A stretch of 58,631 nt of DNA, filler included, from Catajapyx aquilonaris (GCA_000934665.2; 3 parts of 3 records of this genome joined end to end with filler, not necessarily neighbours in it), one strand, 5' to 3'. Positions 24,034-36,054 are shown, counted from the whole stretch's first letter. Notes: a model not told the origin generated them from the sequence alone. Numbers and translations are program-made.

Positions 24034-26558
24034 CACTATGTAACACACTTTTTGTGTTTGGCAAGTGAGTGTTATGTCCTGCTTTCTTATGCCTAAAAAC
24101 TTGAGATAATGGCCATTATACCTGCCAAAGTTTGCCTTTGTGCTCAGGAGAATGACTTATATATTTTGCATATCCCCATATACGTACTTGGGTAACAAAT
24201 GTCAATTTTTATAAACAGACAATATTTAGAAATGTGTGGTTTTTCTAGATTTACGATTGTACTGCACATCACTTTCCCGAATTAGTCCCCATATGTAATC
24301 TCCCATCATGCTACCATTGTACTGTCCTTGGTATCGACGTTCAAAGGTCATCATATCTTGATGGAAGCGTTCGCCGTGCTCCTCTGAGTAATCTCCCATG
24401 TTCCGCTTGAAGTGATCCAAGTGAGCATCAAGGATATGGAGTTTGAGAGACATCCTGCAACCCATCTTGCCATAGTTCCTAACCAGAGTTTCAACCAGCT
24501 TCACATTGTTGTGGGCCTTATGATTCCCAAGGAAACCTTTCACTATTGCCACAAAGCTGTTCCCCTGCTATTTGTCGCGCGGCAAACGGCGCGCGTTGCG
24601 GCAAAGTTATTATTTATATTTATTATTGCCAACAATTGGCAACAATAAATATAAATAAAAAATTTGCCGCAACGCGCGCCGTTTGCCGCGCGACAAATAG
24701 CAGGGGAACTTCGTAAAACCACCTTGGAGACCCATCAGGAATGCCACAATTTTAAAATCTCCTATGACCTCCCACCTGTGCTCATCATACCTCAGTCGGT
24801 GCAGTAAAATCTTCACATTTTCATAGTCCTCTTTGAGATGCACTGACAGTGAGTGCGCCAGGGGAATAGTAGGTAACGTGTTCCCATTATGAAGCAGGAC
24901 AGCCTTGAGGCTCTTGCACGAACTGTCAATGAAAAGGCGCCACTCATTTTCACTGTATGTGATGCCGATTTCATCAAAAAGTCCTCTCACATCGCTGCAG
25001 AAACATAGTCCATCTTGACTGTTGAAGAAACTTGAAAAAACCTGGTGTCGCTTCCTCTGGTCTGTTATATGTACACTTTCGTCCAAAAGGTTCCACTGCT
25101 TGAGCCTGGAGGTCAACAGCTCAGCATTAGATTTTTTGAGTCCAAGATCTCTTATCAAATCATTCAGGTCTTGTTGATTCGGGAAATATGGCACTTGGTC
25201 CGAAGCAGAGTCGGTGAAATTAGCATCTTCATCTCCGTCGCTGTCTGATTGGCCACTTTCATAGGAGGATAACTGTTCTTTTGCTGCTGGTGGAGTGGGC
25301 ACTGGGTACTCTGTGCTGTGTGGCACTTGTGCGATTGATGAAGGAATGTCTGGATACACCGCTGCTTTTGCATTTTTACCAGATCGGCGTTTTGAAGGGT
25401 CCACCATGCAGAAGTAACAGTTGCTTGTGTGGTCAGTAGGTTCCCTCCAAATTCGTGGAATTGCAAACCTCATGGCCCTTTTCTCTCCTCTGTACCATGC
25501 TGCAGAGGAACAAAATTAAATGAATGTAAAACTAAGATATCTAGTGAGCAACAACTACCTTAATTTTACCTTACCTTCTAGAGTTCTTATGCAGTTCACG
25601 CAGGTGAAATGAGGTGCCCATGTTTTATCCTGATCTCCAACTGGCATTCCAAAATATGCCTTGTAGGCCTGACACATTCTCGATGATTCTTGTACAGGGT
25701 ACTTTTTCGCTCTTGTCTTGAGGAATTCACCACACACATAGCAAAATGAGTCCACTGGATGCTTGCAGCCTCTTGACGCCATGCTATGTACCTAGGTATA
25801 CAGTATAGTGCGTTTGGTGTGCAGCATGCTCCAGCAAAGCAAACCATACTGTCACTGTTGAGGGCGCTGTAGGAAACCGGAGCACTCTGAAATGATTGGC
25901 AGCTCGAAGAGGGGAGACACGAGGGAAAAACTTATTTCGGGAACCACCTGCATACAAAAAATTGCTAGGGTTGGGAATAAGAAATGATTGGAAGGTCAAC
26001 GAGGGGACGAGATTCAGAGACGTGTGGTCACCCAAATCACATGGCCCCAACATATGGTGTGACTAGTGCAGTTGTGTTTATAAGTACAAGGGGGACATTT
26101 CCCGACATCTTCTGTGACGTGGGTCAAGCAGGTCAGTCTGATCTTCAATTTTAATGCATGCGGCTTTTTGTCGGCAAGTGAGCGGGCGCCGAGCAGATCC
26201 GTCGGTGCGAAAAAAAAAGAGACGAAAATATGGGTACCCCTCAGGGAAAAAGAGTCATTACCCAGCCCTAATTGATCGGATGGCCTTGGAAACCACTCTG
26301 AAATCTGATAAACAGCTAAACGCAACTTTTTTGTGCATTTTCCAAAGGGAAATAATTTTAATTACTCTAATAAGTTAAAAAGAATTTAGCCGGGTCCCCT
26401 TCTTCTGTGATCGCCCTGTATACATATGATTGTCCTGGTCACAAAAGCAAACTTTTTACACCATAATTGCCATTTTCTGTACTTTCTAGACACGGGGAAA
26501 CTGAAACACACAATAAATGCCCAAACACAAACATAAAGTTAAAATTTGTTACATAGTG
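24034..26558 (-). mobile_element. Chapaev3 (CMC) DNA transposon with internally deleted transposase
   Basis: TIRs CACTATGTAACA...TGTTACATAGTG with flanks TAG/TAA. Transposase: MASRGCKHPVDSFCYVCG (25782), intron 25500-25574, RFAIPRIWREPTDH..CYFC, WRLFIDSS, GGFTKFPCYL, then a break, then WNSFVAIVKGFLGN...HILDAHLD...SEEHGERFHQD (to 24226). Confidence 0.8.
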
Positions 26559-26561
26559 TAA

Positions 26562-26735
26562 TCAACGAAATGCATAAGTGGCCTGAGAATATAGACCATA
26601 ATAGCACTAACATGATGCGTAACTGAATGCATCCCTTGTATAATAGGTCGCAACACTATATCCTGCGGCAACCCAGAAACTAACTTATGCAACTTAGGGA
26701 TGCCATAAACCAGTGGAATTTGGAAATGCGTGAAT
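26562..26735 (-). mobile_element. Penelope-like retroelement RT fragment
   Basis: IPLVYGIPKLHK...LRPII matches the Penelope PxxYGLPKIHK...LRPIV motif. Confidence 0.7.
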
Positions 26736-26744
26736 TCCAAAAAC

Positions 26745-27490
26745 CTATTCACTAGCAAAAATGTGCAGAGTGTCCGGCAATTTTTTGGCTGGTCTTCCCC
26801 CAGTTTGGAAGAGTCCAGAGCCACCGACGTCCAGCTCAAAAGTAGCCCCGTCGATCTTGAGTACATCTACTCGCAGTGAGACACGATAGCCCCTATCTCT
26901 TGCAAGTGATAAGAACGGCATCAGCTTCCTCCGCCTTGCCCTTGTCAGCTGGGAGAAGTCTTCACTTATGTGTATGTTAGTGTCCTTCAAATTTTTGCCG
27001 TTGAAAAGTATCGCTTGCTTGTCAGGAAAACGTAAGAATTTTGCAATAACCGGTCTGGTGTACGGCCCAGTCGGTGGACCCTCTCAAATTCTATCTTCTT
27101 GGGGTCATCGTGCAGTTTGAATTTAGTGATGATGTTTCTAATTAGTGTCTCAGACTCCGCCCAGGATTCTGTTGTTTTATCCTCTACACCGGCGTGAATG
27201 GTTCTGAAGGGTTGCCAACTGGTCGGTCAAATCACGTACGCGGTGGTCCGTATCACTCAACTGGGACTCGATAGTGGTTACCTTCGTGGACACAATTGAG
27301 AGGTCCTCCTGAATCCGGCCACAGCGGTCTTCAAGCTTCGATATCACCTGGTCCAGCCTGTCAACGATGCTTTGCTCCATCTTTGACAGGAGTTCCTGGA
27401 TCTCGGTGATTGACGCCATTTTTTCGGAGTCGAATAGGCAGAGCGAGACGAGAGGCGTGCGTCCAGGTCAGGAGCTAGGCGGCGTGTGAT
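26745..27490 (-). mobile_element. Non-LTR retrotransposon ORF1 (L1-type coiled-coil/RRM/CTD), frameshifted
   Basis: A coiled-coil ending LQNHSRR, then ESWAESE, IEFERVHR, RPVIAKFLRFPDKQAIL and IHISEDFSQLTRARRRKL. Confidence 0.75.
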
Positions 27491-27757
27491 TTAGTTTACA
27501 TTATTGTTAACAGTGCTTACAATTTGGTTTGTGTTCGATTGCAATTTTTCCATTGTATTGTTCATAGTATTCAGAGTTTTGTTGGTTTTTCATTGCTATT
27601 TATTGTTCTGCCTATGGCGCAGAGTTTGGTAGGTGCTTGGTCCGATTTTGGTCGTACTTACTTTTGAGTACGCAACTATTTCTCTCTCTCTCTCTCCCTC
27701 CCCCTCCCTTCCCCCTCCTCCACTCAATCTACTCCTCCTCCTTATCCTCAGCAGCCA

Positions 27758-28425
27758 TCATCTCATCCTGAGCAGCCTTCTTCTTATTTTTTTGTCATCA
27801 GCAGCCATCTTCTTGGCCAATAATATTCTATCCGGTTCCCGCAGAGCCAACACACTTATAGATGGAGAATCCGTAAGTTCCGGAAGCATGCAGTCAAAAT
27901 AAAATTGCTCCAATTTGAGAATTATCTGGGAAGTAAACTCCTCGTCTCGGAATATCTTGACCGTGACCATGTCACTGGGAAGCCAAACCACGAAGTCAGT
28001 GAATTAGGTTGCAGCACAGTAATTGCATCTGGATTTGATAATAATATGAATGCTGCTTCGGCAAATATAACTTTCCCTCCTCTTCCACCTTTTTGGAGGG
28101 GAAAATGGCTGATGCTTTCCACTGCTTCCGCGATGCTAACACATCTCCTTGACGTCCATGGGCACTTTACCTCCAGGATGAAGGAATCATCTATGTTCTC
28201 TCCATGGACAATCCCGTCTGGTGTCGCTCCGAGGAAGGGGTATTCTTTATCCACGTAAAGCCCGTACTTACTGCCAGTTTCCATTTCATATTGAGCTATT
28301 GCCTGTTCCTCATGGGCAAGGCCCCATGCCATGGCTTCTGTTTGCTTGAGGGATGAGTACAAAATCCTCCGCACCAGACCTGCAGAGAAGGTAGTAGACT
28401 TCTGGCACGCCACCTGCTTTGCGTA
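27758..28425 (-). mobile_element. YqaJ/lambda-exonuclease C-terminal part of a Kolobok(E)-type transposon protein
   Basis: AMAWGLAHEEQA...PFLGATPDG...ILEVKCP (PD-(D/E)XK) followed by FYFDCMLPELTDSP...LREP. Confidence 0.75.
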
Positions 28426-30563
28426 CACTCTTAGTTGCGGAGGCCATGACGGTAAAATCCACATCAAAAGGCCGGGGATACAGAGACTTGCTGACTGATT
28501 TGTGAAAGGGAAAACTCATAAGCCTGGCATTGAGTTGTTTCCGAGTGAAGATGTGCCTTTCAGAAACAGCTACCCTAAGAAAAAGCATAATTTCTTTTGG
28601 TCCGAAGGCTTCTAACACAACATGCATGGGGTCATACAGTAGGTCTTTTGTAATCGAAAAGTGCGCAATATCATTTAAAGACAGACCGACCATTTAATCC
28701 ACACTCTTGAGACATGTGTCGCTTGTCTTTCGCGGACTTGCAGTTTTCTATGGCCTCTACTTGTCTTTTCACTTCAGCATCTGTGCGCAGGTGGCATTGC
28801 CCATGATACGTGAGAGTGGCATAATCAGCACTACGTGCTAAGCAGGACCTACAGGGTCGTAAGACATTTGGACTGAATGATTCCTTGAACCCTGCGATGT
28901 TGTGGCATGCCAAAGCATCGCCAGTGTGACAGGGATGGACACAAAGACGAACAAACGTGGGTTTCGCTTAAATGAATGGTGTTTATTTTACCGTAGCTCA
29001 GAGGTACAAAAATAGGGGTAGGGAGAAATAGGAATATCAGAAGGATGGGAGAAGGGAGTGACCAGTCCCCGGGATATTGTCCCAGGAACTGGCCACGAGC
29101 GAAACGGGTGACGGGTTTTTATAGTGGGCAGAACAGGAGTGATGCATTGTGGGTACTAGGCATGTATTAGGCGAGAGTGTGGGTTGAATTATAATGGGTC
29201 GGAGAAGGGATCAGTACGGGGAGTGGTGCACTGTGGGTAGGAGGTCGAGTTTGATCGTGTAAAAAGAGGCACGGGAGTGGTGCACTGTGGGTGGGATGTA
29301 AGTTTGGTCAAATAGGGGGTGTTCCAGAAACAGCTCAATACTGTGATGGGTAATACTGTTACACCAGCATATGCCAGGAGGCACCCATGAAAACGTTCCT
29401 CTCCCTCGCATGTCTTCAACATAACCCCCTCATCCATAGATAAATTATTTACAGTAGCCACAAAATCTTGCAATAGTTCCTTTTTCATGCTGGCCAGTTT
29501 TAGGTCACTAGACTCTCCTACACCTAATAAATGAATATGGCACAGCTTAGATCGTAGAACAGGTGGGACATTCAGGAACACCACATAAAAGAAACACATT
29601 TTACCCCTTCCGCCACGTTTCATCCCCAATGGATTGGCGAGTTCTACGTCATCATTGTAGAGGAGCATCTTAATCAGATTTCCCTGCTCGTAATACTTTT
29701 GTGCAATGGGATGTGTATGAAACTTACAACCATCTGTAAAGTCTTTCATCAACCCTGCTTCCCCTTGGTGTGATGATTGCCTAAAAATGGTAAGCATTTC
29801 CTTGCATTTCAGCAAATGTTCTGATAGAGCCACAAGAGGGATTGCGTATGCTTTTCGACTACTAACAGAGAGCAAAACCTCACGTGGTTCTACATACAAG
29901 CCCTGCTGACGATACAGTGCTTTCCTGCTTTTGTCCCTTTTCAACCGCTTCAGGTCAAGCTCAATACCACTTATGTCAATGATGTTTGATACATGAGCCA
30001 CCACAGAGTCAATTAGCACTTTTGAGGCTCTGTGATGTCCCTCTAATTGCCTGCACATTTTCTCTACTTCTAACTGCACTTTTTCTTCTACTCGCACTGA
30101 ATAATCTTTTGATCCACCAATATTACTACCATTTGTCTTTCCGCTATGTCAGTTGCCTGAGTAGCACTCGGCACTAAAAAGCATCTATCATGCCGATTAT
30201 GTGCTTCATACCGTACAGGGTACTCAAAAGTAACCGCTTATTTTGGCTGATACCGCTATAATGCATGCGCGCATCGTCTCCGCGCATCACGTGATATACA
30301 ACAACGAATTCAAACGTTACCTGTAACATCTAGATAATATCTAAGCCTGCTTACTTAGACGTTACATGAGAGGTCTGCAACGTCTCCGCCTTGGAGACGT
30401 TACAACGTAATATCTAACCCTGTATATATTCGACCAGACGTTCCCAGATACGTTTAAAACATGTAGTAACGTCTAACATTACACAATTCACAGCTTTTGT
30501 AACGACTAAAGTGTGACATGAACGTTACATGGACGTTACATGGACGTTACCAGTCTAAGAGTG
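28426..30563 (-). mobile_element. EnSpm/CACTA (CMC) transposon, truncated transposase interrupted by a solo LTR
   Basis: LYNDDVELANPLG...FLNVPPVLRSKL...AYAG/DALACHNIAGFKESFS..RPCRSC...DPMHVVLE. The ends are CACTCTTAG (28426) and CTAAGAGTG (30563), with subterminal ACGTTAC repeats at 30315-30550. Confidence 0.78.
28925..29363 (-). mobile_element. Solo LTR
   Basis: TGTGACAG...CTGTTACA termini and a 4-bp TSD CCAG. TATAAAA precedes AATAAA on the minus strand. Removing it restores the EnSpm frame A-G-D-A-L. Confidence 0.85.
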
Positions 30564-31245
30564 CATGAACCGTTCAGCTGGGTTGCTGGTCTTATGCTGA
30601 ACCAAAGAGTCTGAGAGAGAAGAGAGCCGAATGACGGCGGATCCTATTATTTCAGCCAACATTCCCACTTTTTTTAACGTGTCCACTTGACTCTCGCTTC
30701 CGTCTTCTTTCTGGAGGCAATCATCTGCACAAGAGGTATGCTGGCCAAATACGTGTAAGGGCAAGTTCTTTAAATCCATTTTCAGTTTTTCTGCATCACC
30801 TTCATCGGTCACATTGTCTATCATCGACTTGTCTGTATACGTCAATGATCCCATATTGGTCTTCAGTAACTTTCTAGCGGCAAGTCCATCTGGGCCTGGA
30901 TAGGAGCGAACGTTTGCGGCTGTCCTCTCCAGTTTGCTACGAAAGTTTCGCAGAGCATGATTTACGCACTCCACCTTCGTAACTGGGAGATGTCCTGCGT
31001 ATTTGACGCGTTCCCTATGAATCCCTATGAATCACCGATAAATCGCCGTCACCCACGATGCTGTTGCAAATTATGCCGTGCTCTTCATAAAGCCTATTCA
31101 AACCGTCAACAATTATGTCAGATTCCATGGGCGTGGAAGACTCGGACCAGTCGGCATTGCAAGCATTGTCAAGGGGAGTCCTTTGGCTTCTGCATATTTA
31201 TATATTGCGCACCCCCGCAAAGAGGACTTTCCCTGTGACCCTGTT
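30564..31245 (-). mobile_element. Kolobok-type (Mutator-like) DDE transposase fragment
   Basis: VTGKVLFAGVRN, SSTPMESDIIVDG...IVGDGD, KVECVNH, HVFGQHTSC and TSNPAERF. Confidence 0.75.
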
Positions 31246-31882
31246 TAGAGGCTACCATTTACGTGCAATCCGAACCAAAGTGCATTATTATGTCAACGAT
31301 TAGGCCGTAAGCGGACTATGGCGGGAGCACATTTTTGTACACGTTTTCTCTATTATTTTCATGCCAAGGCATCGGAGGATCATAACACCCTCTAATTGAT
31401 ATCTGGGGAATGATTTGGTGATTCCAACGATGTGAAAAAATCGCACATGTTTTTGTTTGACAGTATAGTAAATGGTGGGGGAGAACCCAGCTGTCCTTCG
31501 TCCAGATGTCAATCACTTATTCCCTCGAAATTATCCACTCTGATTTAGATAACACTGATCTACAACGCGCCTAGGGCAGGCAGGTAAACTCAAAAGGGAA
31601 TAGGTAACATCGCACAAAAAGGGAGGGGGGGGGGAGGATGCTTGCATCATTCGGCCCCAGGTCCAGCGGGGTCCTCCTCCATCGGGCTGGCACCCAGCTG
31701 GGTGTCTTCCACCGCCGTCGCAGTCACAGGAGCAACACCGCCGTCTGCCACTCCCACTGCTGCTGCTGCCCGCGGGTCGCTGGTCCCCAGATGACCGGCC
31801 CGTCCCCTCCAGCCGGTTACCTCCGTCCGCAGGATGTCCAACTGCCACCTCAAGGCTCGGATCTCCTCCCCAACAACTGCGA

Positions 31883-32650
31883 TCACTGGCGGACGATCTC
31901 TCTCAGTTGGTGCAGCCATCGAAAGCTTACGCACGCCTGAGGTATGTCCTGTGGTGGCAAGTCCACAGGGTTGTGGCCCGCATCGAGGGTGATCCCCATC
32001 TCTGCAAGCAGCCTGGCCTGTGAAAGTGTCAACTTCTGGGCGGGGTACCACCCCAGTAAGTTGACGTTCGCTTGCCACGTCTCTTGGGCACCGGCTACCG
32101 GTGCACCAAAGTGAGCGTGTCTCCACACGTCCAAGTTCCATTCCGGGTCGAATCCTGGATTCATGGTGGCCATCAGATCTGAGTACAGCCTCGCGACGAG
32201 CACACCTGGTGTCATTACACCCATGTACATCGGCAGGGTATCGTCTGTCATGTTCCCCCACATTCCAGGAATCCGCACGCCGCCATATCGTGCACTGTGC
32301 ACTGGCACTCTGTCCACATTCCAGTACATCGTCTGGCCTGATCGGGTATCCAGATCTCCTATCATCGATAGGGCGTAGTAAATAGGGAGTGGTGTTTCGG
32401 TCTTTCCCAATTCCATCCCGTGGATAACATTGAAGTACCGTGGTGGTAGCTGTCCATGGTGCTCCAATAGGGCGGCTTTCCGTGCCCATAGCAGCATTGA
32501 GCAAAAGAGCTCGAACTGCGTCAGACTCATCCTCTCTGCCCAGGCCGGCGCGTTCCTCGCCATCTGACAGTATGTCTCTCTGACTATTGAGACGAAGCCT
32601 GAATCGTCGGTGGTATAGTCGTTTCCACGTTGGGCGCCACTTTCGCGATG
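31883..32650 (-). pseudogene. Endogenous viral element: partitivirus-like capsid protein fragment
   Basis: An open frame of ~250 aa: DDSGFVSIVRETY..M, FELFCSMLLWAR, PLPIYYALSMIG, PGVLVARL..DL, WNL and NLLGWYPAQKLT..Q..L...GIT. The pattern is recalled from invertebrate partiti-like virus coat proteins and has not been searched. Confidence 0.65.
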
Positions 32651-32663
32651 GATTAACTCGTAG

Positions 32664-32899
32664 GTCTTACCCAGGGCGCTGAAACCGAAGTACACACTCA
32701 CTGTTTCGGGACAATCTCTCCTTTTATTCCTCTAAGCGTCTATATACATGTCTAGTCTCTTATGCTCTCCTGGGCTCTCTGCCACCTTTCCCCCCTTTCC
32801 CCACCTCCACGACCCACAACCCCCAACACGAGGGTGCGGCCGAGGAGGGGAGAGGGACCAGCGGCGGGCGGCGCAAACTCCCGCCGTTATAATCTGTCA
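32664..32899 (-). mobile_element. LTR-like fragment abutting the capsid EVE
   Basis: On the minus strand it starts TGACAG and carries TATATA then AATAAA before a U5-like tail. No clean CA end or TSD was found. Confidence 0.4.
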
Positions 32900-32972
32900 A
32901 AGGGGAACACCATCCCGACGCCTTTTGATGATCTTCTCTCTCAGTGCAACAGACAACGCTCTTCTCGCCATG
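32900..32972 (-). mobile_element. Tc1-like transposase N-terminal HTH fragment
   Basis: MARRALSVALREKIIKRRRDG. Confidence 0.4.
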
Positions 32973-33099
32973 GTTCTTCGCTGTGATGAGTCATAGGCAG
33001 CGATTTATCATGCCTTTTTTAGCCAAGATGGGCTGATTCCCCCCTTCCACCAATTCCAAGCACAGTATATAGTTTCGTAAAGCATAATGAAATTGATGA

Positions 33100-33627
33100 T
33101 CATTCATTGCACCTCTTCCTGTCCTGGTGTCTCCTCTTCAGACTGATGGCAGAGTACGTATCCCATACGACGTCTACGCGGAGCACGCCCAGCTTTACAC
33201 TGGCATCCCTGATGTGCTTCGCTAGGTAGGCAGCGTAGTCACTGAAGCTGCGCATAGTGTCAGGAGGTTTGAAGCTGTGGACTAGTACTGCTCCATCAAA
33301 CACGATGCCGTCTGCAAATTCAGGATTTGTGTTTGGTGCCAACTTTTACAGGACTTGGACTAAGTGTGACTTGTTGCCACTTCGCATCATTCCATTCACT
33401 GACACTGAAGGAGGATAAGCTTGATTTTCATATTCAAAGAATGAGTCTAAATTGAGTGCCCTGGCAGTAGAGATTGTGAACAATCTAGAGTACAGCTGTA
33501 CTTCAGATCTAAGTGTCCTTAAAGGCGACGCTCCGCTAAATATATGAGGAGTTGGATCGAAAAACTTGATAACCCTCACAGGCACACTTTTGAGAAAAGT
33601 GCATTTTTGTATATTTTTGCATCGCAC
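33100..33627 (-). mobile_element. C-terminal fragment of a large DNA-transposon protein (same broad family as 21866-22185)
   Basis: LYSRLF...LDSFFEYENQAYPPSVS.NG.MRSGNKS.L and DGAVLVH...RVDVVWDTY..SLK. Confidence 0.65.
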
Positions 33628-33739
33628 GAATCACAATCCTCTCACAAATGTGAAATCCGGCGTGAAGTAGCAATGACCTTGGTCGTGTCCAAGGTCATGA
33701 ATGCCAAGATTGTAAGCCCAAATTTTGCTCCTCATCCTC

Positions 33740-34740
33740 TCCAAGTCGTCCATTTCAGACAACTTCGCGTCACAGATGAAGCATTTCATAGATGTTGTTG
33801 TCACCCAAACGGGTGTAAGGATACGACAGGGTTCAGCTTAAGGTATATAGTCTGGTGACCCGGGGTAGCTTGCCCCCTGGGGTAACTGGTTGTTTACTGC
33901 TATCCTTTTACATATGTTGTCATGGTGTTTGCTTACCCGGGGTCATCAGACTAGGGCCCTAAGTCCTCTTTTATTGGCGTGTCAAGGGTTAGGAAATGAT
34001 ATCAAGGTAAGGTATAGGGTGGAATGACCAGCGGGTCCCCCATCAAGGAGGAGCACCGACTGGCCTCGAGTAGTATAATGCGACAGTATTTATACCAACG
34101 ATATAATATGGCATGATGGGTAGATTTATCAAGGCGAGCGGTCAGGATAGCCAAAGTGTATATCGGTTGATCAAGGACAAAGTGATGGACAGGAGGAGAG
34201 AGTAAAGTTGGTTCAGGGAAGCATTGAATCGGCGTCAAAAAGGACTTTTGGTCACATTGTGTTTGTCAACTCATTGCCAACCTGTCAAGAATGTAATAAT
34301 AAAATTATGCCTCTAGATATCAACATAACTTGCGTGTATACGGAAGAATGCTAATAATACTGACCTTTCCGTCCACCATTGTCATCATTAGGGAAAAATT
34401 GATGGTATCTGGTTCCACTTGAAGGGGCTGCAGGTTGGCTATTTGGTTCTCTATGTACTCTTCTTTTTTAATGGTTTCCTTTGATTCTTGTATCCATTGC
34501 AAGTGGATGGGGCGGCAGAATGAGGACGGGCGAGGGTTTTCCCAATGGTGTTGTCCGGTGTTGTCATCAGTGAGACGGAGAGTAACCAGGGCAGTAGTAA
34601 ATAAACTTTCATCTGAAGAAGCAGTACTTCCTTATTTCCATTTCTGCTTATATCGGGAGTGACCCGAGCTGCCATCAAATCCCCACTTGCAAGTACAGAG
34701 TGCAAGTCGTTGGAGACTCAAAAGGAGGCAACATTTCCAA
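33740..34740 (-). mobile_element. Transib transposase fragment (RAG1-related) interrupted by a solo LTR
   Basis: KWGFDGSSGHSRYKQ, WENPRPSSFCRPI and TMVDGK, then an intron at ~34284-34365, VGNELTNT, the LTR insertion, and TSMKCFICDA. Confidence 0.8.
33799..34256 (-). mobile_element. Solo LTR containing a small MITE (33848-33953)
   Basis: TGTCACCCAAA...TTTGGTCACA termini with 4-bp TSD TTGT, and TATAAA then AATAAA on the minus strand. The inner TIRs are TAGTCTGGTGACCCGGGGTA and TACCCGGGGTCATCAGACTA. Confidence 0.8.
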
Positions 34741-34761
34741 AATCCTGGTGGTAGTGTGATA

Positions 34762-35112
34762 TAGTGGAGCATCGATTATCCGAACAGAGTCTGCCAAGGG
34801 GGTGTTCGGATAACTGATTGTTCGGATAACCGATCATTTACGGAAAAAAATGTACCGGTGTCATAGGAGCAATATGAAACTAAGAAACAGTGATATTAAC
34901 CACAAAACTATATTTTCTGCACAGGCAGGTCTTAAAAATACTGTACATATACCTTACTGTCCTTACATGTAGTCCTGCAGTTTAGGGGGGGAAACGGCGT
35001 TTTTTTGTTTTTTGGGTGGTTTTGGTTGTTTTTTTGGTTTTTTGCCGACCCGAAAACGTTCGGTTAACCGATGGTTCGGTTGATCGGTGTTCGGATAATC
35101 GATGCTCCACTG
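34762..35112. mobile_element. Tigger/pogo-type MITE
   Basis: TIR (C/T)AGTGGAGCATCGATTATCCGAACA, flanked by TA, with internal TTCGGATAA repeats. Confidence 0.8.
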
Positions 35113-35354
35113 TAGTATAAAACACGGCACTCGGGAGTTAAGAAGTGAAAAAAAGCACACAAGGCCCGGTATGTTGGGAATCCAGTATAGTACCTTACGT
35201 CCGAGTCACTTTTGTGGAATCTCAGTAAGGTGAAGCTGGTCTTGTCACGCATGTGTAGCAAATCCACGTACTTTTTTCGTATTTCCACATCACCACCCGA
35301 ACTTTCACTTGATGATTGCCCGTCACTTGCCTTTTCAGAATCGGAATGCACCAC
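35113..35354 (-). mobile_element. THAP/ISL2EU-Harbinger-type transposase fragment
   Basis: DSDVRYYTGFPTY...FFHFL motif, which typically precedes the HTH/DDE_Tnp_4 domain. Confidence 0.5.
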
Positions 35355-36054
35355 CTACTTCTCTCCCACACCGGCCCTCACCCCAGGGCACCTTTGACAA
35401 ACAATCTAACCTCAGCGATTATCCTGCTCATGTCCCAGTTGCTAGACAACTGTTAGAACAACAATATTACCCAAGATGCCTCAGCCTGGCTAATGGAAAA
35501 GGATAGGGAGTAGGTCCTCTAGGTATACATAGCAGAACTCTTTGAGCACAACACGTACCAAGCACATTTCCGCTGTCCCTCCATTTATCATCATGCTGAG
35601 TTCTGCCACGTAGCTGGCTACATTGGGAGAAGTGTCATTCGAACAGGGCCTGCAAGAACAAATAGAAGTGCCTCGCTCTCGTTGAAACTCAACCCCTCCA
35701 GCTGCCCGACGACTTGCTGCTCGCAGGGACACCCTCTGCGCCGGGATACCGGGGAGTTTATCCGTTTTCACAAATTACTGTGGGTGATGGTAACCCGCTA
35801 CTTGTGCGGCTTTAGTGTGCAAACAATGGAGAGGTTTTTTTCTGCGGAGTTGGGCGAGTTCACAGGACCCCCCCCCCNCCCCCCCCCCCCCCCATCTAAT
35901 ATCCACCCTGCTATAAACCCTAATCAGGTTATCACGGGCAAGCTCTTTGATCACGGGGTATTAGATTTTTTTTTTGTTAAAAAAAAGCACCAATAATTTA
36001 CCGTGGGTGAAAAATGCCAGCTGAGCCTCCAATTCAGTAATCCTTTTGGCTTCA

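Noticed and set aside
31647..32504. 285-aa ORF overlapping the capsid frame
   Set aside because: It is mostly an alternative frame of the capsid-like sequence with no independent motif. Only its 3' GC-rich tail is unexplained.
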